From the NCBI RefSeq assembly GCF_009834535.1, contig NC_045712.1, positions 3,038,001-3,102,000 on the forward strand: a stretch of DNA of 64,000 bases, given 5' to 3'. The position numbers and the translations under genes were made by a program. The notes under the pieces are model-generated. The model was given only the letters and a program-made list of their open reading frames with translations. It had not been told where the DNA came from and did no database searches. The DNA is from Camelus ferus (taxonomy: Eukaryota). This document shows positions 40,638 to 52,560 of this stretch, piece by piece. Each line of letters begins with the position of its first letter. Within the stretch, counting starts at the first letter, position 1.

Positions 40638-40765
40638 CTTTTACTACCAGGTTTCCAGTGCTGCTGGCTGTCCCAAAGTGGTTAGTGGCTATGCAGGTAT
40701 AACTCCCAGCATCTGATTTAGTCACATTCACGATTCTGAGGCTTCCATCTTCAGAAATGGTAATT
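40638..40765 (-). CDS. CNTN4: CNTN4 internal coding exon, 128 nt, second half of Ig-like domain 5 (about human exon 14)
   Basis: Not in the ORF track; found by hand. The reverse complement translates to (R)[42 protein letters not shown](D), with the Ig DAGxYxC motif and an NVT sequon. Acceptor is ttgttttgatttcag|A, with a branch-like CTTAC about 30 nt upstream; donor is AAG|GTAAGG (40637-40632). The terminal G plus AT of the 742-917 exon makes GAT (Asp), so the two exons are in frame. Confidence 0.97.
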
Positions 40766-40890
40766 CTGAAATCAAAACAAATAAACCCCAAATGGTAAGT
40801 TTATCTTCTATGACCAGTTGGAAATTATTTCCATCATTCTGTCATTTCCACACTATCAATCATGGCTATATCACTGTAGATCACAGTTAG

Positions 40891-41181
40891 NNNNNNNNNN
40901 NNNNNNNNNNNNNNNNNNNNNNNNNNNNNNNNNNNNNNNNNNNNNNNNNNNNNNNNNNNNNNNNNNNNNNNNNNNNNNNNNNNNNNNNNNNNNNNNNNNN
41001 NNNNNNNNNNNNNNNNNNNNNNNNNNNNNNNNNNNNNNNNNNNNNNNNNNNNNNNNNNNNNNNNNNNNNNNNNNNNNNNNNNNNNNNNNNNNNNNNNNNN
41101 NNNNNNNNNNNNNNNNNNNNNNNNNNNNNNNNNNNNNNNNNNNNNNNNNNNNNNNNNNNNNNNNNNNNNNNNNNNNNNNNN
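40891..41181. other. Assembly gap, 291 N
   Basis: Run of N. Confidence 1.
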
Positions 41182-41504
41182 ATTGATGTGTAGTTGATTT
41201 ACAATGCTAATTTCAGGTGTACAGCAAAGTGATTCTATATACATACATCTATTTTTTTCAGATTCTTTTCCATTATATGTTATTACAAGAAATTGAATAT
41301 AGTTCCCTGTGCTATACAGCAAGTCCTTGTTGTTTACCTGTTTTAAGTATAGCAATGTGTATCTGTTAATCCCAAACTTCTAATGTATCTCTCCCCTGCC
41401 CTTTCCTCTTTGATAACCATAGTTTGTTTCCTATGTCTATTTTTGGTTTGTAAATAAAATTTGTATCATTATTTTTTAGATTCCACATGTAAGTGACATC
41501 ATAT
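41182..41504 (-). mobile_element. 5'-truncated cetartiodactyl-type L1 3' end, sense to CNTN4; its tail lies in the N gap
   Basis: Reverse complement reads ...GGGATTAACAGATACAC...CAAGGACTTGCTGTATAGCACAGGGAACTATATTCAATTTCTTGTAAT...GAATCACTTTGCTGTACACCTGAAA...CAAT. Confidence 0.88.
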
Positions 41505-41999
41505 GATCACTGTTGGTCTTAACACTGCTGAAGAATGAGAAAAAAAATCCCTTGATTGGCCACGTTATGCATTTTCATCAGAAGTGTTTCCTTCTAGATG
41601 AGAGACCTAAAGTAAATGAGTTATTATTAAGTATACTTATTTCTGAACTACGTCAGACAGTACACTTTTAATGAGATGCAAGAACTAAACTTAAAAAAAT
41701 TAAAATATTCCCCACCATGGTATGATTTTGGCAGAACAGCAAATGTGGACAGCACACCCTAGGGTCCCAATGAGGGACAAGTATCTAGTACCAGGTGGGA
41801 AGGAAACACTTCTACAGACAAACACAAAACTGGACAGAAAGGATTCGAGAGGACCCTGCTTTCAACATGACTACAACAGAAAGGAAAGATGCAAGGATGA
41901 ATAAGACATACAGCCCAGCTTAGAGGCTAGTTGTGGAAATTAAAAAAATGTACACAGATGGCTCATTCAAGGTCAATGTCTGTTGCATCTTTACTGTAT

Positions 42000-42712
42000 C
42001 ATTTAAATGCAAGCACTTCTTTCTCTCTTTTGTTCCCTTTTCCTCACCCAACCTATCAAAACAGCCTTGTGAATGATCTGCCTATTTCTACTCTTGCCCC
42101 TCAAGTTCATTCTTCAGTCAGTGACCATGTGACCTTTTAAAAGATCTGTTTACATCACTCCCCAGATTGAAAGTTCCTTCTTTGGCTCCTTATTGCATGC
42201 AGAATAATTTCCTTTCTAGAACCTACAAGGCCTAACAGATCTGGCCTTTGCCTTTCTCTTGCCTACTTTATTGCATCTTAATCTTTCTATCCTTCAATGA
42301 ACTCTAGTCACACTGATCCTCTGCAAGTTCCCAGAGTATTTGAAACCCTTTCCCACCTCAGGGACTTTCTGTTGGCTGTTCTGTCTGCCTTGATATCAGG
42401 GCAGTGCTGCCATCTTCCTACCCGCTCAGGACCTCAGCGTGGAGGTAGCTTATTCTTCTCGACTTTCTCTGACTCACCATTTCTAAAGTAGATTTCCCTT
42501 TTCCCATAGCCACGTTATTTCCTCCCATTCAACACAATCCAGAAGTTTTGTTTACTTGTTAACTGTCTTATCACAGGGAATAATTATCTTCCCTGAGGGC
42601 AGGGACCGTGTTTGTTTGGGGACTCCATCTCCTGGATCTAGTGCCTAGGATGGCATGGAGGAGATGCCCTGTAAGCATCTGGTAAGTGATGGAGTGAATA
42701 AGTGAATAAATA
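42000..42712 (+). mobile_element. L2 LINE 3' fragment
   Basis: cccacctcagggactttctgttggctgttctgtctgcc...gagggcagggaccgtgtttgttt...tgaataagtgaataaa. Confidence 0.8.
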
Positions 42713-43803
42713 CCCTAAGAGGAAAATCAATAATAGGTTATAGGAATTCAGAGAGGCTGAACCACGGTGCTAATTAACCTTCACAGAGTCCTTTACAAAT
42801 ATATGAAACAAGGTGTCTAGGATGGGCATAACTTTATGTAATAGAACTTCTGGCTAAACATTTTAAAATCATGGGAAGAGTTAAATGTAAGGGATTGCAA
42901 ATGCTGTGTATACTTTTCATGAAGGCTCTTAGGTACGGAGAAGTGACAGCTTCCCTGACAACCCACTCTGGGGTCTATGACCCAGGCTGATCAGATGGTG
43001 TGAGGTACGAGAACTCTACAAAGATTGATGGAATTACAAGGATGGGTGTTCACATTCCACTTCTGCAGGCTCTAGCTGTGTGACCAGAGGCAACTTGCTT
43101 GACTTTTTCAGTTTTAGTGTCCTCATCAATAAAAGGGGGCTCACAATAGCAATCTGGTAGGTCAACAATAAAAAATTAGGTAAGATAGGGTCAGTGAGAT
43201 TCCTAGCACATTTCCTGGTATTTATTAGGTAATTGTTCTCTTTTATGTTTAAAACTGCCTTCTTTAGTCATTTGTATATGTGGGGAAAATTGGACAACAT
43301 TCTCTTAACATTTCTTTTAATATGGTAATTAAATCAGCCTCCTTCTTGCCTTCCACCTATCAGGTCTGACAATGTGAAGTCTATAGACAAGTGAACTGGG
43401 TCATCCCAAATCAATGTCTAAGACACAGAGAGACCCCTTGTTCGTTTCCACCACAGACAGCACAAAACAGCTGCTCAGTAAACACCACATGATACTCCAT
43501 TAGCCACACAGCAGATGCTTTTACAGAAATAGAGTGGTGATTAAATCCTAATCAACCCACTAATCACACAAATAGCTTTAAAAGAGTTAATCATATTCCC
43601 ATTTATAAAAGAATTCACTGGAAATTGTAAAATGCTGGCATATGAGAACTCAATAAGGAAGGTGGCATTTGGGTTTTGGATCTGGAATCACCTCCCGTGG
43701 GGTGTCACAGGTGTACTGTGTATTAAACGCTCTGATGGTGAGCTGACTCTTCCAAAGCACAGAGGTCTATTCATAATTTATACCACTTAACATTCCCCAA
43801 ACC

Positions 43804-43960
43804 CGGGGTTGGGGTGGGGGTGGTATAGCTCAGTGGTAGAGTGCGTGCTTAGCACGTGCGAGGTCCTGGGTTTAATCCTCAGGACCTCAGAAAAATACAC
43901 GTACCTCCATAAAAATAAAAATAAAAATAAAAATAAAAATAAAAATAAAAATAAAATAAA
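43804..43960 (+). mobile_element. Camelid vic-1-like SINE with an (AAAAAT)n tail
   Basis: TATAGCTCAGTGGTAGAG...GAGGTCCTGGGTTTAATCC. Near-TSD: attccccaaacc (43792-43803) and attcccccaaacc (43961-43973). Confidence 0.9.
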
Positions 43961-44124
43961 ATTCCCCCAAACCTAAAAAGCATGTATCACACTGTATGCT
44001 GAATAATACCAAAGGATATGAATAAAGAAACAAGAGAAGGATTTGTCATCAGATGACCTGGGCCCTAGCCCGACCAGGACACTTGCTAAGCTTATGACCT
44101 GGCTGAATTACATATGCTCTAAGA

Positions 44125-44314
44125 AAAGGTTTCTCAACCTTCACACTAATGGCACTTTGGACCAGATAATTCTTTGTCCTCAGGGATATTAGCAGCATCT
44201 CTGTCCCCCACCCAGTGCACTCCAGTGGCTCTGCCTCTCCTCTCAAGTCCTCACAATCAAAACTATCTCCCACATGTTCTCTGGGGGCAAAATCACTCCC
44301 CCTTGAGAGCTACT
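44125..44314. mobile_element. MER20 (hAT-Charlie)
   Basis: ggtttctcaacct...ggaccagataattctttgt...ctgggggcaaaatcactcccccttgagagctactg. Confidence 0.85.
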
Positions 44315-45519
44315 GGCCTACATCAGTCTTTATTTTTTTTAATTTCACAGGATATTACAATGATTATCTTCTAAGATACATACAATACATGAAAGATTCC
44401 ATGAACGGTTACGTGCTGTACAAATGTCTCCCCCAGTGTCATTTCCAGCCCGGCATCCCTAATTTCGGTATTTCCACTGCACAGTAGGCACCCAACATAC
44501 TGTTGCTGGGGGACCCAGCTTGCTCTTCACAGACACCAAGGCTCTCCAAGCCCCTTACCCTCAACACTTCCCTGTCCAATTTCCCACGGGCCTTACGACA
44601 TGAGGAAGTAATTTTACAAACAATTGTACTGTCCATCTTTAAGATTCCAGTGCCTGACACTGGTTCAGTGTTTTAATCTTCCCATTGTTTTTCACAAAGA
44701 ATTGAGTCGAAGAGCTAAGCCTCCAGCACTAGAATTCCAGACCGTGGAGGAAGTCAGTGTGGAAGGAAATTCGCAGAAGAATCTGTAATTTTTAGTAGCT
44801 GTCATTAAATCACATCGCACTTATGTGACTGCTTACTCTTCCTAGGTATAATCCAAATGCGGGTGTAATACGAAGTTGGGAGAACTGCTCTTTTGGGAAA
44901 TTCAACCACTTCCTTACCCGAGCGATACAGTGTAGTGAATAAGAACACATACTCTGGGACTAAATTGTCTAGACTCAAATGAGCTAGGTGACTTCGCGTG
45001 AGTTAATATCTCTGTACCTAAATGTCTTTATCTGAGATGACGGAATAATAAAAGTAACTGTATCTCACAGGGTTGTTATAAAGATGTGCAGTGCTCAGAA
45101 CAGTGCATGGCACATAAAATGCCCCACCTAGCCAAATGTTCCATTAACTAAGGCTCTCTGTCCTCCTCAATCCATCATTGCAAACATTAATAAGGGACTC
45201 TGTTGAGGCTATGACTGCTCTCGAATAGCTCAGCCCCTCTGAAGTTTGACAACACATTGTTATACTTACTGAAGCACACGGGTGACCACGAGCGGTCAGG
45301 GAAAGGGATGGAAAACTGGACTCATTCACTCGTAGGTATCTACTGTATACTTCCTACACCAGACCCTTGAAAAGCAGGAGGACCTCAGATAACTTACATA
45401 ACTAGAAATGATTCCACTCTCTTATATACCATAATGCACACATTTCTAAAAGTGTATAGGAGAAGGGTCATTACTTTTTCCAGTGGGGAAGCTCTTTCTT
45501 ATACTATCTATAGTATAAA

Positions 45520-45870
45520 GATGGGTGAGGACTAAGGCCCAGCCAGTCAGGAGACCCAGTTCTCTTGTCTGCATTGATTGGTTTAGAAATAGGCCACCAC
45601 CAAATGCAGGAGCTATTTGAGGAAATGACCTCTTTCTGGGGAATCATTAAATTTGGAGATGGGAATCTAGAACTGTTGTCAGTCATCCTGCCTGCACAGA
45701 AATCATGTCTTATAGAAGCTAAAGAAGCTGGGGCAGGGGTGGGAGAGACCTCATGCCTCTTTGAGCCCTTTTCCAACCATGCCTGAAGCCTGCAGCTTCC
45801 CTTGGATGCCCCACCTGTATGAGTGAATAACTTAACATATTAGAAATTGGGTTCTAAGCCACAACTGGAT
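45520..45870 (+). mobile_element. Old MaLR/ERVL-type LTR fragment (MLT1K/L-like)
   Basis: gattggtttagaaatagg...tttgagcccttttccaaccatgcctgaagcc...ttgggttctaagccacaac. Confidence 0.5.
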
Positions 45871-47976
45871 GAGTCCAATCTCTTAAATAAAGTCCTGAAC
45901 TTGTTCAGGACATGGTGGCCATGAGAGTGGAGAGGAGGGAATGGATTCTGGAGATGATTCTGTGACTCCACCTCCAAACTCTACTGCGGAGGAGCAACCA
46001 TAGTGTAGAGTATGAAAAACTGACCTGATCTTTCTTCATACTGAGCTGTACCGTCTACCATTTATTTCAGAAAATAAAGGCCAAGTATACAATGACCTGT
46101 TGCTTTGATTCTGTTTCACGGGATCTTTTTTCTGAGTGACGAATTAGCTAAAGAGCTCGCATTTGGCCTTGGAGGCTAATTAGAACAAACTCAAGGAACT
46201 TGTGAATTGCAACTTAACCCTAGATACTTGTTTCCCTTCAATTTGGATCTTATGCTGATTTAGAAAAAGTGTTTTGCAACCAATTACTTCTACATCCATT
46301 TTTTCCCCTGAATATAGTGCCTGAATCCAGTCCAAGGATAGTTTTATTTTCATGTTTATTTCTTAATGAGGTTTCAAAGTTTCCACTTCATTTTAGTTTC
46401 CCCATTTCAGACTAATGATTGACCCATAGCTATTAGCTTGATACTGAACTTCGAGCGCCTCCTAATACTCATGAATAGGGATGGAGTTAGATAAAATGGA
46501 AAATGTAAATCTCTTTCTGCCTCAGAACAGGTTAGCCTTGACCTACCTGTAGGCTCTTTTTAAATCACTGATAGCATCAGAGAAAAGTCAAAGATGATAA
46601 AACAGCAAGTAGTAAAAATAAAGGTGTGACACTGGACTTAATTTTCCTGACATGAAAAGAGGCCATTTAATTCACAACACAGTAAATTACCTACCGCGTA
46701 GAGAAGCAGTTGTTCCCCTCCCCTGTCATCTGGAGACTTCAGATCCATAGGGGACAGGAACATATATGGAATTATGAGAGAAATTGAATCTCTCTTTCTT
46801 AGTATGAGGTTCTGCATTACAGCCATTGAAGAGCTGACCTTGTCAGTCCTATAAATCAAAACCAGTCTGGGGACATTGGACCTTTAAAAATGCTGATCTT
46901 TTCTTTCTGGGGGCTTCAGTAACAGATGACAATAGCTGCCAACTCCACAGTATTCTATCACCCTACAGAGCAGGGTTATCCCAAAATGGCGACCTAGGAT
47001 TTTCTGAGCAGTTCTGTGTGGGAGCCCAAATGCTGGTGTCAGAGGCAGCAAGTCGTAGTCTGCCTCTGAGTCATAAGGAAACATTTCCCTTAGAAGTAAA
47101 TCTTTTTAAAATACAGCTTAGAAAATCACGTCTCCCTGTCTGCAAAGGGAGGAATTGCGGATTAATAATCTCCTTTCAACAAACAATGGAAGTATCGAAC
47201 TGTTAAGTTAAATCTAATATTATCTTTAATATTATTAGATCAGGGATAATAAACTTGCTTAAAATTATACGTAATTAAAAAAAAAAACCCTCAAAGGGTC
47301 ATAACAAGCTTCTCCTTTCTTTTATTCATGATGTGCTCCAGAAAACATGTTTGGAAGTTGAGTTGAAAGCCTCAGTGTAAAATAATAGATCTACACACTT
47401 ACAATGGAGGTGAACACTCCTGGAGGACTGAAATACATTATAAAACTTCAAACATAAAAATAAGTACTGCTACGTCTCAGTTCAAGCCAACCGGCAGGAC
47501 GGTGGAGCCCTCATAGGACTCCTGCCCTCAGGGACCAGAGGTGACGCCCTAGACTCAGGAGGAACTGCCTAGCCACAGGCATGTTTGCTTCATCCTGCAC
47601 AGAATTTTTTTAAAAACCGAAATAATTGGGAAATTTCATGTAAAAACCCATTCCTGGCTAACTGAGGCTGATGAGATGATAGGGTCGTTCTGCAACACAG
47701 TGGGCTGGAGAGAAGGAGGAAACTCTTGTAAGAAGCTGACAGGCTTTCTAGCTCCCACCCACCCTGGGCTTCAGCTGCTCATTAACACCCCACCTCACTC
47801 CTGCGGGCTTTTGAAATTCCTTTAAACCTCTAAACCTCTGCTGTACGCTGAGTAAATGGGACAGGGCGTAGGGGCAGCCTTTAGACTTCAGGCCACACCT
47901 CCCTCCCTCTTGGATTCTCCCCACCCCAGACATCCCAAGGGAACAGAGCAATGGGGTAGGAGGAGAAATTGGGTTT

Positions 47977-48362
47977 TGTATGCACTTTCTAGGACTGCCA
48001 CAGAAAAGTCTCATAGACCGGGTGGCTTTAAACCACAGGAGTTTGTTGTCCCACAGTTCTGGAGACTGGAAGTCTGTCTTCAAGGGGCTGGCCGAGTTGG
48101 TTCCTTCTGGAGGCTCTGAAGGAGGACCCTTCCTTGCCTGTTTCTTAGCTTCTCGTGCGAGCAAGCAGTCCCTGGGGTTCCTTGGCTTCTAGAAGCATCA
48201 CTCCAATCTCTGCCTCCACTGTCACTGTGCGTGTACCTGCACCCAAGTTTCCCTCTTCTTAAAAGGACACTGATCATTGGAATAGGGTCCATCCCAATCC
48301 CACATGACTTCATTTTAACTTCAGGTAGACATGACATTTAAGAGGACGCTCTTCAACCGACA
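47977..48362 (-). mobile_element. MaLR LTR, MLT1C/D-like
   Basis: tgtatgcactttctaggactgcc...cacagttctggagactggaagtc...aagcatcactccaatctctgcctcc...ttcaaccgaca. Confidence 0.8.
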
Positions 48363-49267
48363 GCAGGTGTCAGATGAGGAAACCCACCAGAGTTGTTGGT
48401 CTGGGTTGAGCAAACAGCTTCAGGACCTACTCTGCAGCCGTTAGAGGATGGGGAGAAGGTGGTGCAGAGGAACCCGCTGGCGTCCATGGGTGCACATGCT
48501 CGCCAGTCCATCCCCTTCCCTACTCTATCGGCCTGGCCCTCTTCCACAAGAGGAGCTAACAGAGAAGTTATTACTCTTTCGGTGGTAAATGAACAATCAA
48601 CGTGGGGTCTGAAGGGCAGTTTGATGTGGTAATGGATAACAAGGAAAAGCACGCAAGTCCAACAGGAAAACAAAAACTAAGGCCCACATGCAATTTCACT
48701 TTCTTCTTTCATTAACCCAGTTGATTTGTTGAATTAAACTATATCTTCCATTCTATCCTTTTGTTTTTGTTGTTATAATTCTGGCCAATTCATTAATACT
48801 CATTTTGATATTAAAATTATGGCCAAAATTAGATATAGGAGATTGCTACCCACACAGTGACCTATGGTGTTCTAAGTAGTTCTGCAGAGAAGCTGGACTG
48901 CCATAGAAAGGCTGTGTCTTTACTTGTCCTTGAGACAAGAGCAATACAATGTAGCTTTAGAATATGGCGCCCATGGCATAGTCAAGACTTTGAAAATGGC
49001 AATGATGAGACAGAGATTGGTATATTTAACCCTGTAAGTGCAGAATTAGCCTGTGACCAACCAAGTTGAAGACATAAAGACTTAGAATTATCCTTGGCTT
49101 TGTGACAGTTGAGCAGTAAGGAAAGACTGGCAGATTAACTGCATTGGTACGCTGTACACATGAGCCCAAAACACCCAAGCTGTGCTCTGAAGAAAAAAAA
49201 ATAAAGACTTGTTTTGGTTTGATTTTGGCTGCCTATTTTAAGAAAATTCAAAAGACATTTTAATTTT

Positions 49268-49764
49268 TGTGATGGTTAATTTTAGGTGTCATCTTGACCA
49301 GGTGTAGGGATGCTCAGGTAGTTGGTAAAACATTATCTCTGAGTGTGTCTGGGAGGGTATTTCTGGAAGAGACTAGCATTTGAGTCCGCGAACAGAGTAA
49401 AGACTGGCCTCACCGATGACCTTATAGGTGGGCAGCATCCAGCCTTTGGAGGTTCTAATAGAACCACAAGGTGGAAGAAGGGAGAATTGTTCTCTGAACT
49501 GGGACACCCAACATCCCATGACTTTGATCTCAGTGCTCCTGGTTCTCGGACCTTCCGACTTGGAGTGGAATTTACAACTTTGGCTCCCCTAGTTCTCTGG
49601 CGCTGGGACTCACTCTGAACGACCCCCACCAGCTTTCCTGGTTCTCCAGCTTGCAAATGGCAGATGGTGGGACTTCTTGGCCTCCATAATTGTGGGAGCC
49701 AATTCTTAAGATAAATCTTTCAAAATCCTATTGGTCCTGTCTGGCTGGAGAACTGACTAATACA
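49268..49764 (+). mobile_element. ERVL solo LTR, MLT2-type
   Basis: TGTGATGGTTAATTTTAGGTGTCA...CTGACTAATACA. 5-bp flanks are ATTTT and ACTTT. Confidence 0.88.
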
Positions 49765-51934
49765 ACTTTTAACTGGAATTTGCTTGTGTTTATATATTTA
49801 ATTTCAAAAGACACATGGAAATTCTCAGCCTGATTGGAGACTGAATTATCCTGGTTTATAGAAAGATGGTGTTGTAGTATGGTGCAGTTTATAAAGAGTC
49901 AACCGAGAGCCCCAGAAGATGCCTTTGCTCCTCATCTTAAGAAAAAAAGGACATTTTGGATGATGAATGTAAATGAAGGTCAGTGGGAAGAGAAACTGTC
50001 CAAGGGCAATTTCAGGCCAACCTGTCATTGATCTTCCAAGGACTGTCCATGGCAGCAATAGACATTGTATTGAACAGACACCCGGCTGATGAAGTCCCTT
50101 AGAGATCCATCTGCTTTCTGTCATAGGATTCAAGTTTAATAAACCACCGAACAACCTGTGTATTTCCGATTGCCTGCATGACAACCAGCAGTTCAGAGCC
50201 CACTGCCCTTGGGTGCAGCACTGGAGAAAATAAACTCATGTGTGTTTAACCTGGTTTGATCCAGGTCTAACTTTCTCTGAACCACAGTTTTTAAAGCCTC
50301 ATAAACTAACCTGGAGGGAACTAACTGCCCAGGGCAAGATGAGTACTTAATACCGTGAAGTTCATTTTAATTATTCTTTGTGACGTGGTGCATAGATGGA
50401 TGTGGGAAACACATTTTGGGGGCAGGTGAAACTTTATAATTTCATGTATTCACATGGTAAGAAAACTACACAGAAAATACCACATTTTGGGAAGAAAGGA
50501 ATTTTAAAAAGGACATGTTTTTATCTAAAATCTGTTTCTTAAATTGCTACCTTTAATTTAGGCAGGATCTCTCTGTGTCTCCATTAATATAAGACTTAGA
50601 ATTCCTTCCTTTCAGGAACATATGACCTGAGATAATTTCAACATAAATCTAAAAGGCATTGGGAGGATGCATGGGGTCAGGACAGGAAGGCAATGTAATA
50701 TTCTATTTTATATACCTCTATGTATTTTTATCAAAGCGTCATAATAAGTAATGTTACTTTTATAATGAGAAAAAACTTATTAGTAACTCCAAGGCACCCA
50801 GGAAGGTTTTCTATAACAACCTCTTAGGTTATTAGAATAGCTGGTAAAAGAATCCTTTAATAATCAGGTGCAGCTGTCTTTAGAAATAATTGGAAGTAAA
50901 GAAGAAAACGTGGACAAAAATGGACCAAGAGACCCAGAGGAAGGGCTGTGAATATACTAAGTTGTGTGTCAGGCACAGTGAGGTGCGGGAAAGTTTATGA
51001 AGCACCTACAACGTACTATTAGGTGCGGCTGGATGCTTGTGTGTCTCCTCACATTTAATCTGCACAACAATCCTGAGAAGCATCATTATTCCAATTTTTC
51101 TGTTCAGGAAAATGAAATCCAGAGAAGTAAATTAAAATGTCCACGATTAATGTAGTTAAGAAGGGATGGAGTGGTGTTTCAAACTCAGATCTCACTACAA
51201 AGCCTGCACTCTTTCTACCACGCCATCCTGCAGCGTTGGGGGGCTTAAAGGAAGAAAAAACAAGAAGCAAAAAACATTGTAACCACATACAAAAGGTTTC
51301 CTTTAAATTTGCCATTAGATCTTTGGTTATAATTAAATATATATTTTTTTGGCTTTTTAATTTACTTTTTCTAATATTGATAAAATTGTGTTCACACTAC
51401 TGTCGGAAAGCAGAAGCAAAAGAAAAGAACGTATGAAAACATAACAAAGTTGTAATCCCAGAAGGCTCCTTTACCCCTAAGTAACTAAAATGCCTGGAAG
51501 ACAACGTTAATTATTAATTAGCAAGGGAGGGTCACTATATAGAATATGTAACTTACTGAGGTAGGGAAGTTTCTACAACACGGAGAGCTATACTGGCTAT
51601 GCTAGGGAAAAAAAAGGTTTCACTTTATGATGTACTCAACTTTCAACTCTTTGGGAAATGCAGGGCCATGGTTTTTTGCTTTCACTCCTCATTCCACGAC
51701 TTTATAACATGGCTAAGAGAGGAAATCAAAGTGGAGTCTCTCAGATCACGTCCATCTCACAATAGAACACCACTGTCAGCGTCCAGCTAGCACTCACACA
51801 GTCCCTCCCTGCCCTGCACACCAGCAGCCCCTACCATTTTTGCCTTTTGCAGAAGAACATAAATTCCTTAACTATATCACCATAATGGTCATACAGTCCA
51901 GCGTTTCCCGGACTCCCTGGCCAGCTCCCGACTT

Positions 51935-52165
51935 CTGCCATATTCATGTATTACGTGAATGGCTCGAGTCCTTGCCCCTATACTTGTGAGACACGTGACT
52001 TGGGAAAGTTTCTTAATCTTTCTGGACTCCAGCTTGCCATCTCTAAAATAATAATAGCACCTCCATTTCACAGGGTTTGTGAGAAATTTCCATGTTAAAA
52101 ACACCCATGAAACATTTATAACAGTGGTGGTGCATGGTAAGCACCTAATAAATGTTAGCTGCAAT
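51935..52165 (+). mobile_element. MIR SINE. Further MIRs lie at about 3050-3210(-), 14140-14340(+), 16075-16300(+), 16560-16760(+), 24095-24290(-), 24300-24450(+), 27000-27150(-), 38950-39140(-), 43050-43230(+), 44920-45130(+) and 51030-51190(-)
   Basis: gtgacttgggaaagtttcttaatctttctggactccagcttgccatctctaaaat...cacagggtttgtgag...taataaatgttagct, the MIR core and tail. Confidence 0.8.
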
Positions 52166-52249
52166 GACCATTTTTACTATTATGATTATTTTTTGCATCA
52201 TTGTCATAATTAATAGTCACAATGTTTTCTTTAAATGGCTCAAAGTTTA

Positions 52250-52560
52250 AAATTAAAGTAACTGAATAAAGGAAACTTTTATCGCTACTATACATAGAAA
52301 CCAGTATCACTTGACAGAAATAGATGCCAGCCACAAAAATAAATATGATAAAAACATTCAGAAGATATTACATTCTAGCTGGGTGTGGTTGTCGGCTAGC
52401 ATACCGAGCTGACAGCCTGCTCTCTTTTTGGCCAAAGGGGTATTAACCAGGGTTTCAAAAGTGTTCAGACAAAGGAGGACCAAACAGACTTTCTCCTGAA
52501 TGTACTCGGGAGTGAACGAGAACTACGCGGTTCAGAGTCATGTAATGTCTTTGTACTGTG
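52250..52560. mobile_element. hAT-Charlie-type DNA transposon fragment; a related fragment lies at about 38090-38270
   Basis: aaaggaaacttttatcgctacta...gaaaccagtatcacttg...attctagct...gcctgctctcttttt...agactttctcct. Subfamily not determined. Confidence 0.5.

Noticed and set aside
40792-40800. Perfect plus-strand donor ATG|GTAAGT beside the exon
   Set aside because: It is the reverse complement of the CNTN4 branch-point-like CTTAC, so the sense-strand role explains it.
40818-41355. 122-aa and 173-aa ORFs spanning the second gap
   Set aside because: N-run artefacts; the readable part is L1 3' UTR.
47748-49656. ORFs of 70-138 aa
   Set aside because: They mostly overlap decayed MLT1/MLT2 LTRs and have no recognisable protein motif.
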